In this document: positions 11,801 to 20,159 of the stretch, in pieces | Numbering within the stretch: the stretch's first letter is position 1 | Layout: every line of letters begins with the position of its first letter | From: an uncultured Chloroherpeton sp. | Lineage (GTDB): Bacteria; Bacteroidota; Ignavibacteria; Kapaibacteriales; UBA2268 | DNA length: 64,000 nucleotides | Direction of reading: 5' to 3' | Assembly (NCBI GenBank): GCA_964500435.1 | Contig: CAZCNL010000003.1 | Span: 40,664 to 104,663 of the forward strand | Position numbers and translations under genes: made by a program | Notes under the pieces: generated by a model | Database searches by the model: none | Seen by the model: the letters and a program-made list of their open reading frames with translations, nothing else | Told to the model about the DNA's origin: nothing

Positions 11801-11988
11801 AATAATTTCGCAACCATCAAAAATAATGGAGCGCCAGGTGGGTGAGGAACTTGTTGCCAAACAGTTGCACCAGAAAATTCACCGCAATCCCAAAATGGGA
11901 CGCTTGGTTGCACAGTTAATGCATAAGTTATAAAGGATACAACGAATGCAAGTATTGCAAAAATTCGATTGATTAATTTTTTATCCAT
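8869..11988 (-). CDS. Large polytopic membrane protein of the DUF2723 family (putative GT-C-like glycosyltransferase)
   Basis: 1039 aa. N-terminal FWDCGEF...HPPGAPLF motif and ~11 hydrophobic helices, typical of DUF2723. A large C-terminal soluble region follows. Co-oriented and nearly abutting the GT2 gene. Confidence 0.6.
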   Translation of the reverse strand: MDKKLINRIFAILAFVVSFITYALTVQPSVPFWDCGEFSGATVWQQVPHPPGAPLFLMVAKLFHLFLPFGDPGWKINMTSVFADAFIILLVYLITYRIIENLMGKKVETTYEAISVYGSSLVAALAFNFSDTFWFNGVESEVYASSNLFVALIIYLMMRWNEEADNPGHEKYLLLIAYLIGLSTGVHLLSILTIFSLVYLVYFRKYQIKPVSFIVVSIISIIIFSIIYPGIVKWIPALLAGHSPTKNDAHEYIITDSLFLRLIPIILVILAGYYLWYSQKKSRYIIGLVASSFLLMIIGYTTYTQILIRSNSNPPMNENEPKNIERLVSYLGREQYGEAPMWPRRYQTDSYYVRNYNKQDDKGNYVYGPWNPPTKKEVYKSDGTGYLANDFTNVNTSGELNYLWKYQIDHMFLRYFFWNFVGRSSDIQDAGASWFDTREADVLNINNGYKNLFPVRFFAIPLLFGLLGLFFHFNKDPKMAFIYLVMFLMMGVLAAIQQNQQEPQPRERDYFYAGAFMVWTMWIGLGVYSIIDSLKKNYNKNFVPATIVAISMLLVPINMGAQGWKIHSRAGNYFPFDYSYNILQSVEKDAILFTNGDNDTFPVWFLQDVEGVRRDVRIVNLSLGNTLWYIDQLKNREPWGAKKVPISIPDDSLKVYDETDPRAYSYEFGEAREVTLNIPKEIMKQYTNDPQLIENSKMTFTYKGEQYRENEGKMIYLFRVQDKLIFDILKTNMFKRPIYFSATVGSDVYIGLEDFLVRGGLALRITPVKQPRGKASDLDINITEKCLFNYDNSNNFHKEPHYGFKFRNLNDPSVYYDEVHRRSILGYRLIFLDYAQNVLTIQKDTVKANKALELMNKLISVDLFPMDWEMTAQVADLYDKMNNKQMAKKFAEMSINLVETALANNQIMKEMQFYELLGRYRGPYTTMADMAYLIKDYKLTIEKLNMEYAMASQMLQDIKSDPQYAGYQQYLVENMNNIKKKVLMIQMEQAEAAGGKKGRIDFINKTIERLQNTNNPDSIMLARQLEAFVNNITNNDSTK

Positions 11989-12127
11989 TACTAACCATTA
12001 ATTTTGTTTTTTATATTTTTTAAGATTACTAAATTACGATTATATAATTAAATAATTATGCAATTTCTTACTATTTATATCGATTTAACAAATTTTTCTT
12101 AATTTTTTTTGTTGCAAATTTTAAAAT

Positions 12128-13753
12128 ATGCTAAATCATCTTTACACATTAGAAAAAATAACAATAGAATTTCAAGAAATTATAGGTTTTAAATTAATTG
12201 AAGTTATTTCTCAGGAAAAAGATTCTGCTGTTTTGACTTTTTTTGATAATGAAAATTTTCGTTATATTAAATATTACGGTATTCCTCATTTCGAAGCAAT
12301 TTATATGACGGAAAAGTTTAGTAAAAAACGTTCAAATTTTTCGGTACTTTTTCCTCAAATCACTAATGAATTTCTTCAAGATGTTTCTTTAATTTCTGAT
12401 ACACGAGTAATTTGCTTAACATTTATGAAGTATAAATTATATTTTTTGTTATTTGGAAATGGACAAAATAATTTAATTTTAACAAATTTTGAAGACGTAG
12501 TAATCGATTCATTAGAAAATTCGAAAGAACTTATTGGTATTCAGTTTAAAATACCACTTTCAAATTTGTTTGATTTAAAGAATCTTCCATCCGATTTAAC
12601 AATTAAAAAAGCTTTATCTTATTCAAATTTACTTTTAAATCAATTTTATAGTGACGACTTTTTCAATTTATTAAAAATTGATTCTAATAAAAAAGTGGCT
12701 GATTTTAGTAGTCAAGAGATTTCAGATATCATTGACAAAGCTAAGGAATACGTTGGTTCAATCAGAAAATCACAAAAATTTTACTTAATTTCTAATTCAA
12801 AAGGTGATAAGTTCTTATCATTAATACCTCTCGAAAGTATTGGAGTAATTGAGTTTGTCTCAGATAAAGCATCAAATTTGGTTTCAAAAGTATTATTTTT
12901 CAGATTTCAGCAAAATAAATATAATGACTTATTCAAAAGAATTAAAAAATTAGCTGAACAAGATTTCAAAAGTATTAAGAAAAAATATGATGCTTATGCT
13001 AATGAAAAAATGAAAGTACAATTAGCTGAAAAATACCGTGAATATGGTGATTTAATTTACTCATCTCCTCAAAATTTGAAAGCAAAAGGTAAAGCAGAAA
13101 TTATCCTGTCTGATTTTCAAGGTACACAAAAGAAAATTGAGCTAAATCCGAAGTTGACCTTAATTGAAAATGCCGAAAAATTCTATGAAAAATCGAAAAA
13201 TTTAATTAAAAGCGTCAATATTATGAGAATGCAAAAACAAAGGATAGAAGAGCAATATCTTTTTGCTGAAAAACGTTTAACAGAACTTAAACAATGCGAA
13301 AGTCTTTCTCAGTTAGAAGAACACATAAAAAAATATTCTAATTTTTATAAGGTTAAAATGGCAAAAGAGGATAAAGAAATTAGCGAAAAGTTTAAAAAAT
13401 TCCAACTTTCGGACGATGCAATATTATATGTAGGAAAAGATGCAAAAAATAACGATGAACTTACTTTTGGGTTTGGAAAAGCAAATGATTATTGGTTCCA
13501 TATTCGTGGTGCAAGTGGTTCACATTGTATTTTAAAATATGCAGCATCAGGTAAGCCACCAAAAGAAATTATAGAAAAAGCGGCTTCAATTGCTGCGTAT
13601 TATTCATCTCAACGAAATGGCAAATATGTTCCTGTAGTTTATACTCAAAAGAAATATGTACGGAAGCCAAAGGGTGCAAATGCTGGTGCAGTCGTCATTT
13701 CAAAAGAAGAAGTTATTATGGTTGAACCTAAGTTATTTGAAACTAATAATTAA
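12128..13753 (+). CDS. NFACT-family protein (RqcH/Rqc2-like ribosome quality control factor; FbpA/DUF814 type)
   Basis: 541 aa with a central coiled-coil-rich region. The C-terminal segment YWFHIRGASGSHCIL...AASIAAYYS is characteristic of the NFACT-R/DUF814 domain. Confidence 0.55.
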   Translation: MLNHLYTLEKITIEFQEIIGFKLIEVISQEKDSAVLTFFDNENFRYIKYYGIPHFEAIYMTEKFSKKRSNFSVLFPQITNEFLQDVSLISDTRVICLTFMKYKLYFLLFGNGQNNLILTNFEDVVIDSLENSKELIGIQFKIPLSNLFDLKNLPSDLTIKKALSYSNLLLNQFYSDDFFNLLKIDSNKKVADFSSQEISDIIDKAKEYVGSIRKSQKFYLISNSKGDKFLSLIPLESIGVIEFVSDKASNLVSKVLFFRFQQNKYNDLFKRIKKLAEQDFKSIKKKYDAYANEKMKVQLAEKYREYGDLIYSSPQNLKAKGKAEIILSDFQGTQKKIELNPKLTLIENAEKFYEKSKNLIKSVNIMRMQKQRIEEQYLFAEKRLTELKQCESLSQLEEHIKKYSNFYKVKMAKEDKEISEKFKKFQLSDDAILYVGKDAKNNDELTFGFGKANDYWFHIRGASGSHCILKYAASGKPPKEIIEKAASIAAYYSSQRNGKYVPVVYTQKKYVRKPKGANAGAVVISKEEVIMVEPKLFETNN

Positions 13754-13766
13754 ATTTTAGCAGGAT

Positions 13767-14057
13767 TTATATTTTTTGAACTTTTTTAACCCAAGATAGA
13801 TTTTCTTTTAGGATACGTTCAACAAATCCTTTGAGAGTTAATTCTATTGCCGGACAATGTGAACAACTACCTTTTAACTGAATATATACTATGTCATCCT
13901 CAACTTTTTCAAGTTTGATTTTACCATTGTGAGATTTAATAAAATGCTTAATTTCTGAATTTATCAGTTTCTCTACAAGTTGGTATTTTTCTAAATCTTC
14001 AAGATTAGAAATATTTTGCTTTGAGTCGTTTTTTCCAAAGAATTTATCTAAAAACAT
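13767..14057 (-). CDS. NifU-like Fe-S cluster scaffold/carrier (Nfu-type C-terminal domain)
   Basis: 96 aa with the GSCSHCP CxxC motif in the position typical of the NifU C-terminal domain. Confidence 0.65.
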   Translation of the reverse strand: MFLDKFFGKNDSKQNISNLEDLEKYQLVEKLINSEIKHFIKSHNGKIKLEKVEDDIVYIQLKGSCSHCPAIELTLKGFVERILKENLSWVKKVQKI

Positions 14058-14104
14058 TTTTTTATTAAAAGAGACGAAATTATCTAATTTTATTTAGTTT
14101 GAAA

Positions 14105-17100
14105 TTAGTTTTGGTAAAGCATTTTTTCAATTTTTGGATTAGTAGAACTTAATTTTATAAAATAAATTCCTTGTGAAAGATTCGACAAATCTATTGTTTT
14201 TACGTAAGAACCCTTCGATAAATCAATTGTTAAAACAATTGCACCTAAATAGTTATAAAAGTCTAACTTGTCACCTTCATAAATATTTTTGAAAGAAATA
14301 TCAACTGATTTTTGACCGATTGGTTGAGCAAGTAGTTGAAATGTTGATTCTGGATAAATGATAATATGATTTCCACTTTCCAATGTGCAAATTGGTATTA
14401 TGGTTAATGAACCATCTTTTTTAATGATATTCAAATTTTTTGAAGTAAAAACATCAAATTTATTAATTATTAATGGCGTGTAATTTGGGTCTGAAGCCAA
14501 AACCAAGCCTTTGATTTGCAAAATAGTGTCTGCTATGGATAATAATTTTGAGGACTCTGATGCATTAAATGAAGCGTTGATTACACCGCTTAAGTAATCA
14601 AAATTATGTTTTAAGAATAAATTTGGTGATGATATAGCTTTTAACTCAAGTGGGAAAAATAGATATTTATCAAAATTCAGTCGGAATTGAATTGAATCTG
14701 TTAAAACTTTGGGGAGCTTGGTATCCAAATAAAAAGATAAAGTTAGTGTATCACCAGCTTTTGAATTATAATCTCGAGTACTTATTATTGCAAAATAACT
14801 CTCTTCGGGAGTTTGTGCTATTAAGTTGAAGATAATTGTATCTTTGCATATCGAAGATTCTTCGATTATAAAATTATCGACATAATTACCTTCTTTCTGT
14901 GATAGAAATGAGATAATTATATTTTCAGTTTCATTTGGCGCAACGATTAATGGAAGTTGCGTGTGTATTTCGAAGTTTTGTGGTAAAGATATTCCTTTAA
15001 TAATTCTTGGTGTATTATAAGGATTTTGAACTTGAATAGTATCAAATACTTCATCACCGACCCAAACACTCCCGAAATTCAAAGATTTTTTTGAATAAAC
15101 TAAATGTGGTTCTATTATTTCAGCTTTGAATGTTAATTTGTTTGTATCGCCACAAATATTGCTTATCCAAATTATATAACCAGAATATATTCCCGCTTTA
15201 TCAGCAATTTCAGGGTTGAATTCAACACTTATTGTCTGGGATGAATTTGAATTTAAAGAAAAATTAGAAATTGGTGAAATTGTGAAACAATTAGGGAAAG
15301 ATTGGTCTAAAATCGAAATGCTATCATTTAATTTCCCAATATTTTTTAATTCTCGTGTTTTTATTAAAGAGTTATCACATCGCTCAAATGTTCCGAAATC
15401 TATATAATTTGAATCGAGTTGAAGTACGGATTTAATAAAATTAACATTTAAAGGGAATGATAATATTTGTCCATCAGGGTCTATTGTTTTCAATATTAAA
15501 TCAGAAGAGTAATCTCCTTCAATTTGGGTTTCAAATTTGACGATAATTCCAAGCGAATCTTGGCTTTTTAAATAATATGGAAACGTATTTGGGTAAAGTA
15601 AAGTAAATTCTGGAGCACCTGAGATATCAATAGCGGTTATAGTATCTTGAACTGAACCTAAATTTTTAACCCAAATAGTATCAATTTTAGTGCCATCGCA
15701 TATAATATTTCCAAAGGCAGAATTAGTTCCCCAAACAATAAATCTATCTATACTTGATAAATCCAATGGAATACAGAAATCAGCAGGGCATTGACTTGAT
15801 GTATTGAAACATATTGTACCTTTATAAAAAGCATTTTTAGAAGAATTAATTGTTAAATTTAACTCAATATTTTGATTGATATCCAAGACTTGAGAAAGTT
15901 GAGGATTTAAATCAAATGTGAAATCGCTCGTTGGTGGATTTAAAGTATAATTAACGATAGTAATAATTTCATTTCCTGTATTTTTCAAAATAATTTTTTT
16001 GGTTTTTGGTTCATTGCTTTTTAAAACTTCAGAAATTGAATTCGGTGAAGCATCAATACTCGCTTCAATGCCAAAACCTGTAACAATTATCTGCAAACTA
16101 TTACATTTTCCGGTTGAAAAGAGCAAAGTATCAGAAAACTTACCCATTTTAGTAGGCATAAAGGAAAAAACTACATCCAAAAGTTGTTTAGGTTCTATTG
16201 TTGTATTACTTGGTAATTGGACTGCAAAGGGTAATTGAGTTTGTTTTAATTGAGTAATGTAACCTCGTAAATTGCCAGTGTTTTCTAATTGTAAAAGTGT
16301 GTCTTTTTTTGTATTTATACAAACCTTTCCAAAATCTATTATCGGATTTTTTAATAAAATTTCCTCTGATTGCTTCTTCCCAACTAAAAGAATATTTACA
16401 GGGTTTTTATTTCCTCTGACTGTAGTTTTGTCATTATTATCTAAACGCAGTAGATAGCTGACTGGTGTAAGGGAGTTAGGAGTAAATTGAACGATAATCG
16501 AATCTGACTTCCCGATAGGAATCGACACCGGTTCGCTTTTACCACTAGTCCAACCCAAAATTGAGACTTCAGTTGGGTTAGAAACGATAACTGATTTTGA
16601 AACAATTAATGTTGCATTACCGGTATTTTTTATAGGTATAGTGTCAATAATTTTTTGGTTACAAAAGCTATCGAAATGGATGCTGTCAGGAACTGTGATT
16701 ATTGGTGAAATTCCGTAAGCACGAACAGTTATTACAGTATCTAAATTACAGGGTAATAAATAGAAACGATATTTTTGGGTGACCCAACCAGTATCAGAGA
16801 GCATAAACTTAAATTCCGTAGATGTCCCAGTTTTAAAGACATAAAATGGGGTTTTTGTTTCGAAGCTAATTTGTCCTTTATCGTCAAGTAATTCAGAATA
16901 ATTTTTTACTTGGCTATTGTTATCATCTGCAATCCATTTAAGAAGTGAACTTGTAACGACTCCACATTGAATGCTATCAAGAACAAGTAAATTAGTTTCA
17001 GGGCGAGCAGTTGATTTATTTCCCTGTCCCAGCAAGTCGATATCTTTTGTGAATGTAGTTTTACCATCTTTGGAGGAAAGAACAATTGATAATTTTGCGG

Positions 17101-18304
17101 AATATGGACCATTTCCTGGAGGTGCGAATTTAATTACGATTGCATTTGAGTCACATTGAGAAATTGAAGAAATGCTCGAGGGAGATACAATAGAAAAAGC
17201 ATTATCAAAATTAGCAGAGAGTAAAATGCTCATATCAGCATCATAAAATGAATGGTTTGAAACAATTAATGAATCTTTTCGAGAGTCTGGATAACATATT
17301 TCACCAAAGTCAATTTTATCTTTCGAAGCAAGGAATTTAGTTTGTTTCAAGTGGTAAACCCCTTGTCCGACCACCCAGCCGTCATCTGGCGTGAGAAATG
17401 TGATATCGTCGAGATCGACATTTTCAATTCCACAATTTCGTAGTGTCCAAGTTGCCCCGGCATCGGAAGTGTAATAAAGAGACCTATTATAACCGCAAGC
17501 CCAACCTGTTGTGGGGCTTGTTAAATATGCACCAAACATAGGGTAACCGGAATTGAAGCTGCGCCATGTGTTCCCGTTATCTGTTGAAAATCTCATCCCG
17601 CCTGAATTACCACCTCCAAAACACGTTGTTCCCGCAGTAGGAAGCAAGATAGAATTTCCGGATATAGTAATTTCTTCTTGCCATACTTGTGTTCCCGTAG
17701 ATTTGCTAATTGACCAAGAAGAACCATAATCAGTAGTAATCCATAAATAACCGCTACTTACAGCAATTCCAGTTCCATTTTGATAAAGTATCACATCTGT
17801 TAGACCCGTTCCAACAACATTTGTTTTGAATAAAGTCCAAGAAGCACCGCCATTCGTAGTTTTATAGAAACGCTGCATATTATCGCAACCACCACCAATG
17901 ATAACCCCAAGATTTTCATTTAAAAAATAACTTCCCCAAAAGCCATAAATTGCGGAATCTTTAGGAGTAACATTGACAAAAGAGGCGCCTCCATCCGTGC
18001 TTTTCCAAATACCTTCGACACCAGACACATATCCAACTAATTCGTTTACAAAAAAAACATTTTCCATATGGTCTGCAGGTTGAGGGAGTGTAGAGCCTTG
18101 CCATGTTGCTCCATAATTTGTAGAGCGAATCACAAAACCACCAAAACCGCAAGCCCAAATATAATTTGTATTTGATGGAAGTATATATAAATCTAAATAA
18201 TAGCCATTATTGTATGGTGTAGGAATGTTAGTTACTTTTTCCCAATATTGAGAAAATGTAGTTTGAGTTAGTAGAAATAATAAAATGTAAAATAATATTT
18301 TCAT
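14105..18304 (-). CDS. Giant secreted surface protein with N-terminal BNR/Ycf48-like beta-propeller repeats and C-terminal T9SS sorting domain
   Basis: 1399 aa. Signal peptide with Q at +1. Repeated G(A/S)(T/S)W motifs (YGATWQG, TDGGASF, TNGGASWT, TDYGSSWS, TDNGNTWRS, SDAGATWT). A long Ig-like beta-rich middle. C-terminal KGSYVKTIDLSNLSQGIYFIKL... T9SS CTD. Confidence 0.65.
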   Translation of the reverse strand: MKILFYILLFLLTQTTFSQYWEKVTNIPTPYNNGYYLDLYILPSNTNYIWACGFGGFVIRSTNYGATWQGSTLPQPADHMENVFFVNELVGYVSGVEGIWKSTDGGASFVNVTPKDSAIYGFWGSYFLNENLGVIIGGGCDNMQRFYKTTNGGASWTLFKTNVVGTGLTDVILYQNGTGIAVSSGYLWITTDYGSSWSISKSTGTQVWQEEITISGNSILLPTAGTTCFGGGNSGGMRFSTDNGNTWRSFNSGYPMFGAYLTSPTTGWACGYNRSLYYTSDAGATWTLRNCGIENVDLDDITFLTPDDGWVVGQGVYHLKQTKFLASKDKIDFGEICYPDSRKDSLIVSNHSFYDADMSILLSANFDNAFSIVSPSSISSISQCDSNAIVIKFAPPGNGPYSAKLSIVLSSKDGKTTFTKDIDLLGQGNKSTARPETNLLVLDSIQCGVVTSSLLKWIADDNNSQVKNYSELLDDKGQISFETKTPFYVFKTGTSTEFKFMLSDTGWVTQKYRFYLLPCNLDTVITVRAYGISPIITVPDSIHFDSFCNQKIIDTIPIKNTGNATLIVSKSVIVSNPTEVSILGWTSGKSEPVSIPIGKSDSIIVQFTPNSLTPVSYLLRLDNNDKTTVRGNKNPVNILLVGKKQSEEILLKNPIIDFGKVCINTKKDTLLQLENTGNLRGYITQLKQTQLPFAVQLPSNTTIEPKQLLDVVFSFMPTKMGKFSDTLLFSTGKCNSLQIIVTGFGIEASIDASPNSISEVLKSNEPKTKKIILKNTGNEIITIVNYTLNPPTSDFTFDLNPQLSQVLDINQNIELNLTINSSKNAFYKGTICFNTSSQCPADFCIPLDLSSIDRFIVWGTNSAFGNIICDGTKIDTIWVKNLGSVQDTITAIDISGAPEFTLLYPNTFPYYLKSQDSLGIIVKFETQIEGDYSSDLILKTIDPDGQILSFPLNVNFIKSVLQLDSNYIDFGTFERCDNSLIKTRELKNIGKLNDSISILDQSFPNCFTISPISNFSLNSNSSQTISVEFNPEIADKAGIYSGYIIWISNICGDTNKLTFKAEIIEPHLVYSKKSLNFGSVWVGDEVFDTIQVQNPYNTPRIIKGISLPQNFEIHTQLPLIVAPNETENIIISFLSQKEGNYVDNFIIEESSICKDTIIFNLIAQTPEESYFAIISTRDYNSKAGDTLTLSFYLDTKLPKVLTDSIQFRLNFDKYLFFPLELKAISSPNLFLKHNFDYLSGVINASFNASESSKLLSIADTILQIKGLVLASDPNYTPLIINKFDVFTSKNLNIIKKDGSLTIIPICTLESGNHIIIYPESTFQLLAQPIGQKSVDISFKNIYEGDKLDFYNYLGAIVLTIDLSKGSYVKTIDLSNLSQGIYFIKLSSTNPKIEKMLYQN

Positions 18305-18437
18305 TTTTCTTTTTGTATTTTTATAATACTTAAGTTAACAAATTAAAGACAAAAATATTGAATAAAAGTTACATTAATTTATAAAATATTATAATAAAAT
18401 AAAAAAATGCTAATTTACAATTTTAAAAAAGAGAATT

Positions 18438-20123
18438 ATGTTTGTACCAACAACTAAAGAAGAATTGATACATTTAGGATGGAAGGATAACTTGGATGTC
18501 ATTATAGTTTCAGGTGATACTTACATTGATTCTCCAAACGATGGTGCGGCAGTAATTGCAAAAGTATTGATTAGAGCTGGTTGGAAAGTAGGAATAATAG
18601 CACAACCTGATGTAAATTCATCTGATGATATTACAAGATTAGGCGAACCAAGACTTTTTTGGGGTGTTACCGCTGGCTGTGTTGATTCTATGGTTGCTAA
18701 TTATACTGCTTTGATGAAGAAAAAACATCAAGATGATTTAACGCCAGGTGGCGAAAATAATAAAAGACCTGACAGAGCTACAATCGTTTATACTAATTTA
18801 ATTCGTAAATATTTTAAGAATACGGCACCTATTATTTTAGGTGGAATAGAAGCAAGTTTGCGTAGAATTGCGCATTATGATTATTGGACTGATTCGATTC
18901 GGCGTGCAGTTATTTTTGATGCAAAGGCTGATGCGATTTTATACGGAATGGGGGAGAAATCTATTATTGAAATTGCTAATAAAATTGATTTAAATCAAGA
19001 TTGGAAAAATACACGTGGTGTTACTTATATTTCCAAAAATGCTCCAACTTCTGATTTTATTGAATTACCATCTTTTGATGAAGTAAAAAAAGATAAAGAT
19101 AAATTTATTCAAATGTTCGATTTTTTTTATAAAAATAATGACCCATATTCCGCTCGAACATTAATTCAAAAATATAATGACCGTTATTTAATTCAAAATC
19201 CACCACAATTTTTACCAACAACTGAAGAATTAGATTCTTATTTTCTCGACTTCGAAAGAGATGCGCATCCATATTATGCAAAAATGGGGAAAATTAAAGC
19301 ATTGGAAACAATTAGATTCTCTGTTACTTCACATCGTGGTTGTTATGGAGAATGTAATTTTTGCAGTATAACGGTTCATCAAGGACGACGAATTGTCAGT
19401 AGAAGTCAAGAATCGATAATTAATGAAGTAATTGAAATAACCAAGTTGCCAGGATTCAAAGGATATATTTCAGATATTGGCGGTCCAACAGCAAATATGT
19501 ATCAAAATTATTGCAAAGTACGTGAAAATAAAGCATTGTGCGAGAAAAAGAGATGCGCCTTTCCGACAGTATGTAGTGCTTTGGAGTTATCTCATAAAAG
19601 CCAAATAGAATTACTGGACAAAATTCGTAAAATCAAAGGAGTAAAAAAAGTATTTATTGGTTCTGGCATCAGATATGATTTAATTCTTGAAGATAAAAAA
19701 GATGGTTCGAGGTATTTACGAGATATTGTCGAGCATCATATATCAGGTCAAATGAAAATTGCTCCCGAGCATACCGAAGAAAATGTGTTAAATGCAATGG
19801 GAAAAAGCCACAAATATTTAACTGAATTTAAACGTGAATTTGATAAACTGAATAAAGAAACAAACAAAAAGCAATTTCTAACTTATTATTTTATTGCCGC
19901 TCATCCTGGTTGCGATGAAATTCATATGAAGAAACTAAAACAATTTCTCAAAAAAGAATTGAGATTGAATCCAGAACAAATCCAAATCTTTACACCCACT
20001 CCATCAACTTATTCCACTTTAATGTATTATACTGAAAAAGAACCTTTTTCAAAAAAGACAATATTTGTTGAAAAAAGATTGAAAAATAAAAGAAATCAAA
20101 AAGAAATTATAACAAATAATTAG
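18438..20123 (+). CDS. ygiQ: YgiQ-family radical SAM protein (UPF0313)
   Basis: N-terminal YgiQ-type domain, then the CYGECNFCS CxxxCxxC radical-SAM motif. The ~560 aa length is typical of the family. Confidence 0.75.
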   Translation: MFVPTTKEELIHLGWKDNLDVIIVSGDTYIDSPNDGAAVIAKVLIRAGWKVGIIAQPDVNSSDDITRLGEPRLFWGVTAGCVDSMVANYTALMKKKHQDDLTPGGENNKRPDRATIVYTNLIRKYFKNTAPIILGGIEASLRRIAHYDYWTDSIRRAVIFDAKADAILYGMGEKSIIEIANKIDLNQDWKNTRGVTYISKNAPTSDFIELPSFDEVKKDKDKFIQMFDFFYKNNDPYSARTLIQKYNDRYLIQNPPQFLPTTEELDSYFLDFERDAHPYYAKMGKIKALETIRFSVTSHRGCYGECNFCSITVHQGRRIVSRSQESIINEVIEITKLPGFKGYISDIGGPTANMYQNYCKVRENKALCEKKRCAFPTVCSALELSHKSQIELLDKIRKIKGVKKVFIGSGIRYDLILEDKKDGSRYLRDIVEHHISGQMKIAPEHTEENVLNAMGKSHKYLTEFKREFDKLNKETNKKQFLTYYFIAAHPGCDEIHMKKLKQFLKKELRLNPEQIQIFTPTPSTYSTLMYYTEKEPFSKKTIFVEKRLKNKRNQKEIITNN

Positions 20124-20159
20124 TTCCAATAAGATACAGCTGAATATTTCATATATTTA

